From an uncultured Sphingopyxis sp. (GTDB taxonomy: Bacteria; Pseudomonadota; Alphaproteobacteria; Sphingomonadales; Sphingomonadaceae): 64,000 nucleotides of DNA. The position numbers were made by a program, and so were the translations under genes. The stretch's first letter is position 1. Every line of letters begins with the position of its first letter. Shown in pieces: positions 25,309-34,994 of the stretch. The DNA lies in assembly GCA_964502035.1 (NCBI GenBank), contig CAZCUW010000004.1:21171-85170 (forward strand), read 5' to 3'. Below the pieces are notes generated by a model that searched no databases, had not been told where the DNA came from, and worked only from the letters and a program-made list of their open reading frames with translations.

Positions 25309-25390
25309 CCGTTCGTATCGAGCGAAGTCGAGATGCCTCTCGGCTAGGCGCTGTTGCGATGGGTGTCTCGACTTCGCTCGACACGAACGG
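25309..25390. repeat. REP-like palindrome (CCGTTCGTATCGAGCGAAGTCGAGA type)
   Basis: CCGTTCGTATCGAGCGAAGTCGAGA ... TCTCGACTTCGCTCGACACGAACGG are inverted arms in the nusB-thiL spacer. Confidence 0.75.
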
Positions 25391-25424
25391 AATAAGGGGA
25401 CATTCCGCGGGACGGGAGTTTTCC

Positions 25425-26354
25425 ATGTCAGAAACCGATTTCATCGCCCGCCTGCGCGCCATCGCGACCGACCCCGCCGCGCGGGGACTCGCCGATGATG
25501 CGGCGGAGTGGGAGGGGTTGATCCTCACCCATGACATGATCGTCGAGGGCATCCATTTTCTGCCGGACGACACGCCGCAGGACGTCGCCTGGAAACTCGT
25601 GGCGGTGAACCTGTCGGACCTGGCCGCCAAGGGCGCGGCGCCGATCGGCGTTCTCGTCGGTTACAGCCTGGGGGACGACGACTGGGACGCGGCGTTTGTC
25701 GATGGGCTCGATCTGGCGCTGCGCCGCTTTGGTATCATCCTGCTTGGGGGCGATACGGTGCGCGTGCCGGCGGGGGCGCCGCGCAGTTTCGGCCTGACCG
25801 CGATCGGCCGGGCGCCGCCCGGCGGCGCGCCCTCGCGCAGCGGCGCGCGGCCGGGCGACCAGCTGTGGGTCACCGGATCGATCGGCAATGCCGGGCTGGG
25901 GCTGGCGATGCGGCTGGGGCAGATCGACCCGAACGAAACCTGCCTGGCCGCCTACAGCCGCCCGCAGCCGCAGTTGACGTTCGGGCAGGCGCTGGTGCCG
26001 CACGTCCATGCGATGATGGATGTGTCCGACGGCCTGTTGATCGACGCGCAGCGGATGGCGGTCGCCAGCGGATGCGAGTTTGTGTTGATGCTGGAGGCGA
26101 TGCCGCTGTCGGCGGCGCTGCTCGCGGTGCGGCCCGATGTCGTCGATACCCGGCTCGCGGCGGCGAGTGCGGGCGACGATTATCAGCTGCTGTTCGCGGC
26201 CGACCCTGCCGCCGCGGCGGCGATCCGCGAGATCGCAACCGGGTTGAACGTGGCGGCAACGCCGATCGGTCATGCCGGGGTTGGCGAGGGAATCACGCTG
26301 ACGCACCGTGCTCAGCGGCTCGCGCTGCCCGAGCGTCTTGGTTTCACACACTGA
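25425..26354 (+). CDS. thiL: thiamine-phosphate kinase
   Basis: The AIR-synthase-like fold motifs are present (DDAAEW..THDMIVEGIHF, AVNLSDLAAKGA, GGDT). The start is MSETDF (ATG at 25425). Confidence 0.9.
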   Translation: MSETDFIARLRAIATDPAARGLADDAAEWEGLILTHDMIVEGIHFLPDDTPQDVAWKLVAVNLSDLAAKGAAPIGVLVGYSLGDDDWDAAFVDGLDLALRRFGIILLGGDTVRVPAGAPRSFGLTAIGRAPPGGAPSRSGARPGDQLWVTGSIGNAGLGLAMRLGQIDPNETCLAAYSRPQPQLTFGQALVPHVHAMMDVSDGLLIDAQRMAVASGCEFVLMLEAMPLSAALLAVRPDVVDTRLAAASAGDDYQLLFAADPAAAAAIREIATGLNVAATPIGHAGVGEGITLTHRAQRLALPERLGFTH

Positions 26355-26533
26355 CGCGAAATCGTTACAAAAGTGCCGAAAAACCGGGGTTGCCCTTGGC
26401 TTTCTTTCTTCCCATAACGCGGCGTCCAAATTTAGGGGCGGTCGCATCAGGGGAGAGGGCGAACCGGCAATCATAAGTCGGACGTGCTCGACTGTTCACC
26501 TGGGTCCGCCCCGCTCAATGGGGAAGGAAATTC

Positions 26534-28654
26534 ATGATTGATCCGGTTATGATCGCGATAGCGTGCGGCCTTATCGCCGTGCTCTATGGCTTCATTACCT
26601 CCCGCCAGGTTCTCAGCGCCTCGCCGGGTAATGAAAAGATGCAGGAAATTGCCGCCGCCATCCAGGAAGGCGCCAAGGCCTATCTGGGCCGCCAATATCG
26701 CACCATCGCCATCGTCGGCGTCGTCGTCGCCATTCTCGTCGGGATATTCCTTGGCGCGATTTCGGCGACCGGCTTTGTCATCGGTGCCGTCCTGTCGGGG
26801 GTTGCCGGTTTCGTCGGCATGAACATCTCGGTCAAAGCGAACGTCCGCACCGCGGCCGCGGCGCAGACCGGGCTGCAGGCCGGCCTGACCATGGCGTTCC
26901 GCGCCGGTGCGATCACCGGCATGCTGGTGGCGGGGCTTGCCTTGCTCGCGATCTCGGTATTCTTCTGGTATCTGATCGGTCCCGGCGGCTTCACCGTCGG
27001 CGGCGAGGATCGCACTGTCGTCGACGCGCTCGTCGCGCTCGCGTTCGGCGCCTCGCTGATCTCGATCTTCGCGCGTCTGGGCGGCGGTATCTTTACCAAG
27101 GCCGCCGACGTCGGCGCCGATCTGGTCGGCAAGGTCGAGGCGGGCATCCCCGAGGATGACCCACGCAACCCCGCGGTGATCGCCGACAACGTCGGCGACA
27201 ATGTCGGCGATTGCGCCGGTATGGCCGCGGATCTGTTTGAAACCTATGTCGTCACCGTCGGCGCCACCATGGTGCTGATGGCGCTGCTGCTGAAGGGCGC
27301 GGGCGAGATGCTGTTGCCGCTGATGAGCCTGCCGCTGCTGATGGGCGGGGTCTGCATCATCACCTCGATCATCGGCACCTATTTTGTCCGTCTTGGTGGC
27401 GGCAAGAACGTCATGGGCGCGATGTACAAGGGCTTCCTGGTCACCGCGGTCCTCTCGGTCCCGGCGATCTGGTTCTCGACCAGCTATGTCCTGCAAGGCG
27501 ACATGGCGACCGACATCACCGGCCAGACGTTCAACGGCAGCGACCTGTTCTATTGCTCGCTGCTCGGCCTGATCATCACCGGGCTGATCATCTGGATCAC
27601 CGAATATTACACCGGCACCAACTATCGCCCGGTGCGCTCGATCGCCAAGGCATCGGAAACCGGCCATGGCACCAACGTCATCCAGGGTCTGGCGATCAGC
27701 CTGGAATCGACCGCGGCGCCGACGCTGGTCATCTGTGCCGGCATCATCGCCGCGTTCCAGATTGCGGGCATCGTCGGCATCGCCTTTGCGGCCACCGCCA
27801 TGCTGGCGCTTGCGGGCATGGTCGTCGCGCTTGATGCTTATGGTCCGGTCACCGACAACGCTGGCGGCATTGCCGAAATGGCGGGCCTCGATGACAGCGT
27901 TCGTGAAAAGACTGACCTGCTCGACGCCGTGGGCAACACGACCAAGGCGGTGACCAAGGGCTATGCGATCGGTTCGGCGGGTCTGGCGGCGTTGGTGCTG
28001 TTCGGCACCTATACCGCCGACATCACCGAATATTCGGCCAAGCTCGGGCTGACCGAGCCGCTGACCTTCTCGCTGTCGTCGCCCTATGTCATCGTCGGGC
28101 TGCTGCTCGGCGCGCTGTTGCCGTATCTGTTCGGTGCGTTCGGCATGACCGCGGTCGGCCGTGCGGCGGGTGAGGTGGTCAAGGATGTTCGCGACCAGTT
28201 CAAGAACAACCCGGGCATCATGACCTATGAGAGCAAGCCCGACTATGCGCGGACGGTCGATCTGGTGACCAAGGCGGCGATCAAGGAAATGATCATCCCG
28301 TCGCTGCTGCCGGTACTCGCCCCGATCGTCGTGTTCTTCGTGATCCGCGCGGTGGCTGGGCCGGCCGCGGCGCTCGAAGCACTCGGCGCGCTCCTGCTTG
28401 GCGTCATCGTCAGCGGGCTGTTCGTTGCCATCTCGATGACCTCGGGCGGCGGCGCCTGGGACAATGCGAAGAAATATATCGAGGACGGCAACCACGGCGG
28501 CAAGGGCAGCGAGGCCCATAAGGCCGCGGTGACCGGCGACACCGTCGGCGATCCGTACAAGGATACCGCGGGTCCGGCGGTCAACCCGATGATCAAGATC
28601 ACCAACATCGTGGCGATCCTGCTCCTCGCGGCGCTGGCCAACGGCGCGGTTTAA
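26534..28654 (+). CDS. hppA: membrane-bound ion-translocating pyrophosphatase
   Basis: This is a 706-aa polytopic protein with the H+-PPase motifs [19 protein letters not shown] and [13 protein letters not shown]. Confidence 0.95.
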   Translation: MIDPVMIAIACGLIAVLYGFITSRQVLSASPGNEKMQEIAAAIQEGAKAYLGRQYRTIAIVGVVVAILVGIFLGAISATGFVIGAVLSGVAGFVGMNISVKANVRTAAAAQTGLQAGLTMAFRAGAITGMLVAGLALLAISVFFWYLIGPGGFTVGGEDRTVVDALVALAFGASLISIFARLGGGIFTKAADVGADLVGKVEAGIPEDDPRNPAVIADNVGDNVGDCAGMAADLFETYVVTVGATMVLMALLLKGAGEMLLPLMSLPLLMGGVCIITSIIGTYFVRLGGGKNVMGAMYKGFLVTAVLSVPAIWFSTSYVLQGDMATDITGQTFNGSDLFYCSLLGLIITGLIIWITEYYTGTNYRPVRSIAKASETGHGTNVIQGLAISLESTAAPTLVICAGIIAAFQIAGIVGIAFAATAMLALAGMVVALDAYGPVTDNAGGIAEMAGLDDSVREKTDLLDAVGNTTKAVTKGYAIGSAGLAALVLFGTYTADITEYSAKLGLTEPLTFSLSSPYVIVGLLLGALLPYLFGAFGMTAVGRAAGEVVKDVRDQFKNNPGIMTYESKPDYARTVDLVTKAAIKEMIIPSLLPVLAPIVVFFVIRAVAGPAAALEALGALLLGVIVSGLFVAISMTSGGGAWDNAKKYIEDGNHGGKGSEAHKAAVTGDTVGDPYKDTAGPAVNPMIKITNIVAILLLAALANGAV

Positions 28655-28680
28655 TCCGAGCTGCCTGCGGGCAACTGACG

Positions 28681-28714
28681 AGCCCCGCTGGAGCGGTCCG
28701 GCGGGGCTTTTTTG
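28681..28714 (+). terminator. rho-independent terminator after hppA
   Basis: The hairpin AGCCCCGC-n12-GCGGGGCT is followed by TTTTTG. Confidence 0.75.
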
Positions 28715-29079
28715 TGCAACGGCCTTGGCGTTGGGCAGCGGCTCGTTTCGCTTTGATTGGGCGAACGTCCGATGCGATTGGGGGGACGAGCGTCCGGGGG
28801 GCGGGGCCTTTCGGCCGCTCCGCCCCCCGTCTGCATCGGGGGGTAAGTGAGGATTTCCCGGTGGGGGCAGGGGACATCAGGGACCAGACCGATGCCCCCC
28901 ACCGCTCCATTGAGCGGAACACTCGGGAACATCTGATACTATTCAATTGCCGTGCCAATTTGCCGCGGCGATGGATATGCACGGGTCACGGTGGTTAGCG
29001 ATTCCTTACCGCTGGCGCCGCTTGTCAAAAATCCCGACACTTTGCCGTTCAGCTTCGTTCATCGACCATTCAGCCCATT

Positions 29080-29095
29080 GACTACATTTGTAGTC
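29080..29095. promoter_or_regulatory. candidate BlaI/MecI-type operator
   Basis: GACTACA-TT-TGTAGTC is a perfect 7-2-7 palindrome containing the TACA/TGTA core typical of BlaI/MecI/CopY operators. It lies 37 nt upstream of the repressor start codon. Confidence 0.5.
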
Positions 29096-29131
29096 GCATC
29101 GCAAATCGGCGGTGCCAAGGGAGGGGTTCTG

Positions 29132-29500
29132 ATGGCGGAACGAGCAAGCGAATCGGAGATGCAGGTGCTGTCGGCGCTGTGGGACGACGCCCCGCAGACC
29201 GCAGCCGGCCTGACCAACCGCATCGGCAAAACCAATGGCTGGACGCAGGCGACGGTCAAGACCCTGCTCGCGCGGCTGGTTCAGAAGGGCGCGGTGACCG
29301 CCGCCGCCGACGGCCGCCGTTACCTGTATAGCCCCGCGATCGAACGCGCCGACGCCGTCGGTGAGGAATCGCAGCGTTTCGTCGACCGCCTGTTCGGCGG
29401 CCGGGTCAGCCCGCTGATTGCCCATCTCGCCGATCGCGAGGCGCTGACCGACACCGACATCGCCGAGATCGAGGCCCTGCTGCGGAGGCTCAAGTCATGA
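29132..29500 (+). CDS. BlaI/MecI/CopY family transcriptional repressor
   Basis: It has a winged-helix N-terminus (SEMQVLSALWDDAPQTAAGLTNRIGKTNGWTQATVKTLLARLVQKGAV). An AAGGGAGGGG ribosome-binding site precedes the ATG at 29132. The gene overlaps the M56 gene. Confidence 0.85.
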   Translation: MAERASESEMQVLSALWDDAPQTAAGLTNRIGKTNGWTQATVKTLLARLVQKGAVTAAADGRRYLYSPAIERADAVGEESQRFVDRLFGGRVSPLIAHLADREALTDTDIAEIEALLRRLKS

Positions 29501-31191
29501 GTGCCGCAACATGGATGCAGGTATGGAGCGACACGCTGCTCACCACCGCGCTGCTCGTGCTGGCGGTGCTGCTGGTCCGCAAACCCTTTGCGCGCCATTT
29601 CGGGCCGCGGCTGGCGTATAGCCTGTGGCTGATCCCGGCGCTGCGGCTGGTGCTGCCGCCGCTGCCCTTCGCCGATCCTGTCGCCGCGCCCGACAGCGGC
29701 GATGTCGTGCTGGTCGCGGTCGACATGGCGATGACCGCCCCCGTGACGCCGGCGTGGTCGATCGCCGATGCCATGCCCTATGTCTTTGTTTTATGGGCGA
29801 TGGGCATGGCCGCAGTGCTCGCGATAGCGCTGCTGTCGCACCGCCGCTTCCGCGCCGCGGTGCTCGCCGAAGCGGTCGAGCTTGCGCCGATCGGGACGAT
29901 CCGGCTGGTGATGACCGACGCGGTCGACGGCCCCGTCGCCTTTGGCCTGTGGCACCGCATCGTCGCAGTGCCGCAGGATTTCTTTGCCCGCTATGCCGCC
30001 GATGAGCGCGCGCTGGCGGTCGATCATGAGCTGGCGCACCACCGGCACGGCGATTTGTGGGCCAATGCGGCGGCGCTCGTGCTGTTGGCGTCGCAATGGT
30101 TCAATCCCTTTGCCTGGCGCGCGATCCGCGCCTTTCGCTTCGATCAGGAGGCGGCGTGCGACGCGCGCGTGCTGACACTGGTCGATGGCGGGGCCGACCA
30201 GGACGCGCGCGGCGAGCGCACCGCACGCTATGCGACCGCAATTGCCAAGGCAGCCGTCGGTTCGCGGCTGTCGCTGGCGGCGCCGATGGCGGTTCACGAT
30301 AATTTGCAGGAGAGGCTGACGATGTTGATGCAGAGGGATATTTCGAAACAGCGCGGGCTGGCGGGCCGGGTGCTGATCGGTGGGGCAACGCTGGCGGTGC
30401 TGGCGACGACCGCGACGCTGGTGCCGGCGGGGATCGTCACGGCGACGGCGCAGACCGTCGATATGGCCGAGCCGCCCGCGCCTCCGATGCCGCCCGAGGC
30501 ACCGCTGCCCCCGGAAGCGCCTGACGCCTCGGATGCCCCCGACGCCCCCGGCGTCATGGTCTTCACCGACCATAGCGAGGACGTCACCACCGACAAGGAT
30601 GGCAACAAACGCGAAGTGCATCGCATCGTCATCCGCCGCGACAGCGACGGTGAGGGCAAGGCGCCGACGGTGATGTTCGCGCCCGCCGATGGCAAGGACA
30701 AGCTGCGCCGTATCGACGTCCGAATGCCCGGCAGCCTGTCGCGCGACGACGTGCTCGCGACGCTGAAGGAACAGGGCATCACCGGCCAGCAGGCCGACGC
30801 GATCGCCGACAAGTTGGAAGCGAAACGCAAGGAACGGCTGCGCACCGTGCTGGCCCCGATGCCGCCGATGCCCCCCATGCCGCCGATGCCGCATGGCGCC
30901 TGGTCGTCGGTGCATGGTCAGACGATGGTGCTGGGCAAGTGCGGCGACAGCAAAAAAGCGGCGCCGATCGTCAACCGCGACGAGAATGACGGCAACAAGC
31001 GGAGCCGCGTGTATATGTTTGCGTGCAACGACAGCCCCGAAGGCAAGGCGGCGCGGCTGTCGGCGCTCAAGAAAGCGCGCGAAGCCTTTGCCGCGGGCGA
31101 GCGTGCGCGGGGCCTGTCCGACGACATGCGCGCCAAGGTTGCCGCCGATCTGGACAAGGCGATCGCCGACATCGAGAAATCCGACCACTAG
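29497..31191 (+). CDS. M56 family (BlaR1-like) membrane metallopeptidase with non-PBP C-terminal region
   Basis: It has N-terminal TM helices and the zinc motif HELAHHRHGD. The C-terminal ~270 aa are proline-rich/charged (PPAPPMPPEAPLPPEAP, PMPPMPPMPPMP), with no penicillin-binding SxxK region visible. Confidence 0.8.
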   Translation: MSAATWMQVWSDTLLTTALLVLAVLLVRKPFARHFGPRLAYSLWLIPALRLVLPPLPFADPVAAPDSGDVVLVAVDMAMTAPVTPAWSIADAMPYVFVLWAMGMAAVLAIALLSHRRFRAAVLAEAVELAPIGTIRLVMTDAVDGPVAFGLWHRIVAVPQDFFARYAADERALAVDHELAHHRHGDLWANAAALVLLASQWFNPFAWRAIRAFRFDQEAACDARVLTLVDGGADQDARGERTARYATAIAKAAVGSRLSLAAPMAVHDNLQERLTMLMQRDISKQRGLAGRVLIGGATLAVLATTATLVPAGIVTATAQTVDMAEPPAPPMPPEAPLPPEAPDASDAPDAPGVMVFTDHSEDVTTDKDGNKREVHRIVIRRDSDGEGKAPTVMFAPADGKDKLRRIDVRMPGSLSRDDVLATLKEQGITGQQADAIADKLEAKRKERLRTVLAPMPPMPPMPPMPHGAWSSVHGQTMVLGKCGDSKKAAPIVNRDENDGNKRSRVYMFACNDSPEGKAARLSALKKAREAFAAGERARGLSDDMRAKVAADLDKAIADIEKSDH

Positions 31192-31327
31192 GCCCGAACA
31201 GCTTCGGCGCCAGCCTTTGCTCCCCGGTGGGGCTGGCGGCAGGAGCGGGAAAGGGAGCGGGCGACCGCTCCCTTTTTCGCGGACGGAACCCCGCGATCCG
31301 GCCGGCGCATGGGCCGCGTCACCATTC

Positions 31328-31349
31328 CAAAGTTCAGTAAAGTTCAGCC
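31328..31349. repeat. 22-nt motif CAAAGTTCAGTAAAGTTCAGCC (copy 1 of 2)
   Basis: It is an exact match to 61940-61961. It contains AAGTTCAG twice, with 10-bp periodicity. Confidence 0.8.
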
Positions 31350-31557
31350 TAGTGCAGCACGGAATTTGTCGCGCTCGGCGGACAGATGGCGCTTGGCTTT
31401 TTTTGGCCGCATCCGGAATAGGGGCGGCGACCACTTTTTCCTACAAATTGAAAGAGCTGACACGAAGGCTGGCACAGCGGAATAATGTAGGACAGCGTTT
31501 TTTTTTGAGCGGCGGATGGCGGCTTTTGGGGTGGGAAGCAGCCGTATCGAAACAATC

Positions 31558-31690
31558 ACGCCCTCCCCTTCAGGGGAGGGCAGCGAGACTTGGCAGCTTG
31601 CTGCCTAGTCGCAGCGGGTGGGGGCCATCGGCCTTGCGCAAGGCCGAGAGACCCCACCCCAACCCCTCCCCTGAAGGGGAGGGGCTTACC
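31558..31690. repeat. composite REP-like element (CCCTCCCC-TTCA/TGAA-GGGGAGGG hairpins)
   Basis: Two hairpins, CCCTCCCCTTCAGGGGAGGG (31561-31580) and CCCCTCCCCTGAAGGGGAGGGG (31663-31684), flank a third hairpin, CGGCCTTGCGCAAGGCCG. Confidence 0.7.
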
Positions 31691-31768
31691 GCCCGCAACC
31701 GGTCGATTCCTGTCGTTGAGACCAAATGATCGCCGCCACCCCTTTCGTTCCGCCCCCCGCAATGCCAC

Positions 31769-32695
31769 ATGAGACCCATGAGCGAAGAAAAGCCCTGGCC
31801 CGACAGCATCCGCGCTGGCGATTGCGAGCAGCATGAGCCGCTTGTCCGCCGCGTGCTGGCGCCGAACCCGTCGCCCTATACTTTTACCGGCACCCAGACG
31901 TGGATCGTCGGCGCGGGCAGCGATGTTGCGGTGATCGATCCGGGGCCGACGGGATCGGGGATGAGCATCGGCGATCCCGCCGACATCAATGGCGCTGGCC
32001 ATGTCGATGCCATTCTGCGCGCCGTGGACGGTCAGCGCGTCGCGGCGATCCTGTGCACCCACACCCACCGCGACCACAGCCCCGCCGCGGCGCCGCTGAA
32101 AGCCGCGACCGGCGCGCCGATCATCGGCTGCGCGCCGCTGGCGATCCGCGACGACGGCCCGCGCGCCGATTCGGCGTTCGATCCCGATTACGCCCCCGAT
32201 CGGGTGCTGAGCGACGGCGAGCGGATTTCGGGGGACGGGTGGACGATCGAGGCGGTGGCTACGCCGGGCCACACGTCGAACCACCTCTGCTATGCGCTGC
32301 CCGAAAGCGGCGCGCTGTTCACCGGCGATCATGTCATGGCGTGGTCGACCAGCGTCGTCAGCCCGCCCGATGGCGACATGGCGGCCTATATGGCCAGCCT
32401 GTCGAAGCTGTATGAGCGGGGCGACCGCATCTATTATCCCGCGCACGGCCCCGCGGTGACCAAGCCGCGGCAGCTTGTCCGCGGTATGCTGGGGCACCGC
32501 AAGCAGCGCGAGCGGCAGATTTTGCGCGAGCTGGAAAAGGGGACGGCTGTGATCCCGGTCATGGTCCAGCATATGTACAAGGGGCTAGACCCGCGGCTGA
32601 CCGGCGCCGCCGGGCGCTCGGTGCTCGCGCATCTGCTCGACCTGCGCGCGCGCGGCGTGGTGCGCGAACGCAATGACGAATGGGAACTGGCCTGA
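31769..32695 (+). CDS. MBL-fold metallo-hydrolase
   Basis: It carries the HxHxDH motif (CTHTHRDHSPAA) and downstream His/Asp ligand motifs (TPGHTSNH, TGDHVM). The protein is 308 aa. Confidence 0.85.
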   Translation: MRPMSEEKPWPDSIRAGDCEQHEPLVRRVLAPNPSPYTFTGTQTWIVGAGSDVAVIDPGPTGSGMSIGDPADINGAGHVDAILRAVDGQRVAAILCTHTHRDHSPAAAPLKAATGAPIIGCAPLAIRDDGPRADSAFDPDYAPDRVLSDGERISGDGWTIEAVATPGHTSNHLCYALPESGALFTGDHVMAWSTSVVSPPDGDMAAYMASLSKLYERGDRIYYPAHGPAVTKPRQLVRGMLGHRKQRERQILRELEKGTAVIPVMVQHMYKGLDPRLTGAAGRSVLAHLLDLRARGVVRERNDEWELA

Positions 32696-32696
32696 C

Positions 32697-33500
32697 ATGC
32701 TTTTGACGATGCTGCTCGCCGCCGCGCAGCCCGCCGCCGACACCCCGCCCGCTGCGGCCCAATCGCGCATTGTGGACCTGATCGCCAGAGAGGGCGGCCA
32801 GCATTGCCTGCCCGATGGCCAGATATGTTTTGCGCTGCCTGACGACGCCGACACGGGCGAGGTGCCGACCCAGCTCGTCGTTTCCTTTCCCGCGTCGGGC
32901 GATACCGAAGAGACGCGACGGCCGCTCCCCGTGCTCGCGGGCGAGCCGCAGGGCCTGCGGCTGTGGCCGCACGCCGTGTGGGTCCGTAGCGGTGACGGAG
33001 CCGATGGTCGCGAAGGGCTGGAGATGCTGGTCGGGGTGGTCGGTGAACAGCGCGCGATGTATTCGGGCGGCGGCGGTTCGGGCAGTCGGCTCCACTTGCT
33101 GCGGTTCGGCATGGCGCCGCACGCGATCGGGCTGGGCGGCGAAGTGCTCGACGTCGTGTGGGACAGCGCGTTGATGATCCGTGCCTGTTTTTCCGAGCAG
33201 GATGCGAAGGACCGGCTCGATGCCTGTCACGACGAATATGAATTCAAAGCGGTGCTGAAGCCCGGTCCCGACGATGGCGGCGAATTACCGCCGCTGACCT
33301 ATCGCAGCTTTGCGACGGCCTATCCGCAGACGTCGCGGCGGAGCGAGGACAATAGCGGGCAGAAGCTCAGAAAGAGCGATCTGGCGCATTGGAAAGATGC
33401 TGAGTGCAGTTATGAACGCATGCTGCGCCACAATTCTGCGACGGGCCGTTACGAAATGGATCGCCCCGCGCCCGATTGTTCGGTCTATACAAGCCCATGA
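32697..33500 (+). CDS. hypothetical protein (short signal-like N-terminus)
   Basis: The ORF has normal coding bias. It starts at MLLTMLLAAAQPAAD and has an ATGA overlap with the next gene. I recognised no family. Confidence 0.55.
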   Translation: MLLTMLLAAAQPAADTPPAAAQSRIVDLIAREGGQHCLPDGQICFALPDDADTGEVPTQLVVSFPASGDTEETRRPLPVLAGEPQGLRLWPHAVWVRSGDGADGREGLEMLVGVVGEQRAMYSGGGGSGSRLHLLRFGMAPHAIGLGGEVLDVVWDSALMIRACFSEQDAKDRLDACHDEYEFKAVLKPGPDDGGELPPLTYRSFATAYPQTSRRSEDNSGQKLRKSDLAHWKDAECSYERMLRHNSATGRYEMDRPAPDCSVYTSP

Positions 33501-34144
33501 TCACGAATCCCTCTTCTCCCGCCCCCCGCCTAGCCGGACGCCTGATCTTGCTCGCTACCGCGGCGATGCTGCTGCTCGCGGTCTGGTGGGCGGTGTCTGC
33601 CTGGCGTGACTGGCAGCGCGGCTATGATCCCGAAACCGTCGTTGCGGCGAGCTTGCAGGGTTTGCGGGAACAGAATGTCCTGGTGCCGTTCACCGCGCGC
33701 TATGTCGCGGTGGTCACCTCGACGCAAAGCCGGATGGGACTGAGCGCGAAAAAGACGCTCATCATGCCCGGAACGGTTCGCTACGAAGTCGATCTGGGCA
33801 AACTGAAGCAGTCAGATCTCGATTGGGATGCCGCGACCAATGCGCTCACCGTCACCCTGCCGCCGTTGCGGCTCGCCGGGCCGGAAATCGATCTGAACGC
33901 GATCAGCGAGTTTCGTGACGGTACGATCCTGCTGACGCTGACCGACGCCGAAGCCTCGCTCGACGCCGCTAACCGCAAGGCGGCGCAGGCCGAGCTGATC
34001 AAGCAGGCGAAGGGGGCGACCCCGATGCGGCTGGCGCAGGGCGCGGCGCGGGCGGCGATCGAGCAGAGTTTCGCGATGCCGCTCAAGGCCGCGGGCATCG
34101 ACGCGGCGGTCACCGCGCGCTTTGCCAATACCCCTGCTGGCTAG
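33497..34144 (+). CDS. DUF4230 domain protein
   Basis: It has an N-terminal TM helix (LILLATAAMLLLAVWW). The segment GTVRYEVDLGKLKQSDLDWDAATNALTVTLPPLRL is typical of DUF4230. Confidence 0.65.
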   Translation: MITNPSSPAPRLAGRLILLATAAMLLLAVWWAVSAWRDWQRGYDPETVVAASLQGLREQNVLVPFTARYVAVVTSTQSRMGLSAKKTLIMPGTVRYEVDLGKLKQSDLDWDAATNALTVTLPPLRLAGPEIDLNAISEFRDGTILLTLTDAEASLDAANRKAAQAELIKQAKGATPMRLAQGAARAAIEQSFAMPLKAAGIDAAVTARFANTPAG

Positions 34145-34210
34145 GCGGCTTTCGCGCGGCGTCATCATTCGCTAGTCTGGCCCCAATTCCGGCCGACTGG
34201 GGGGTGTGGC

Positions 34211-34924
34211 ATGGCGACAACGGCGACGGGCGCGGAGCGCGCCGAGCTTTTCTGGCAGCGCATGGCGATCGGCCTTGCCGCGTTCATTGTCGTCGGCTTT
34301 CTGCAATTCGCGCTGCGTGGTTTTGTCGATCCGGTCGCGGCGCCCTTCTGGGTCCATCTGCATGGCGGACTGATGCTCGCCTGGCTCGGTCTGCTGGTGG
34401 TGCAACCGACGCTGGTATCGCGGCAGAACATGGCGCTGCACCGGCGGCTCGGCTGGACCGGCGCCACGCTCGCGATCATCATCACCGGGCTGGGGATATT
34501 CACCGGGATCGCGTCGCTGGTGCTCGGCCGTTTTCCGCCCTTTTTCTCGCCGCCCTATTTTCTCGCGCTGACCTTCATCGAATCGCTGGTGTTCGGATTG
34601 ATGGTGTGGGCGGCGGTGCGGCGGCGCCACACGACGGCGTGGCACCGGCGGTTGATGATCGGGGCGACGATCATCATCCTCGAACCCGCGCTCGGCCGCA
34701 TCCTGCCGATGCCGCTGATGATCGGCTGGTCCGACATTCCGATCGGCCTGTTCCAGCTGGGCGTCGTCGGCATAATCGCGCTCTATGATCGCCGCACGCT
34801 CGGTGCCGTCCATCCGGCGACAAAGGCGATTGCGGCGATTGTCATCGCAGTGCGGATCACCATTTATCTGGCAGCGTTGACGCCCCCCGTCATCGCGCTC
34901 GCGGACCGGCTGGTTGGCGGCTGA
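34211..34924 (+). CDS. polytopic membrane protein, unknown function
   Basis: The 237-aa protein has about six hydrophobic helices. I recognised no family. Confidence 0.6.
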   Translation: MATTATGAERAELFWQRMAIGLAAFIVVGFLQFALRGFVDPVAAPFWVHLHGGLMLAWLGLLVVQPTLVSRQNMALHRRLGWTGATLAIIITGLGIFTGIASLVLGRFPPFFSPPYFLALTFIESLVFGLMVWAAVRRRHTTAWHRRLMIGATIIILEPALGRILPMPLMIGWSDIPIGLFQLGVVGIIALYDRRTLGAVHPATKAIAAIVIAVRITIYLAALTPPVIALADRLVGG

Positions 34925-34994
34925 CGCCGCGTTGCCCTGTCCGGGGTCGCGGTGTAGGGGGGTGGCCAAGGCAAAAGCCAGATAAGGAAAAGCG

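Noticed and set aside
26471-28519. 682-aa ORF on the minus strand
   Set aside because: It lies entirely antisense to the unmistakable pyrophosphatase gene hppA. The translation is Arg/Asp/Gly-rich low-complexity sequence, typical of the open antisense frames produced by high GC3 bias.
30856-30891. Short tandem repeat as a possible CRISPR or VNTR array
   Set aside because: It is only four 9-bp units with no spacers, inside the BlaR1-like CDS, encoding PMPPMPPMPPMP. It is not a CRISPR array. No CRISPR-like repeat-spacer structure was seen anywhere in the window.
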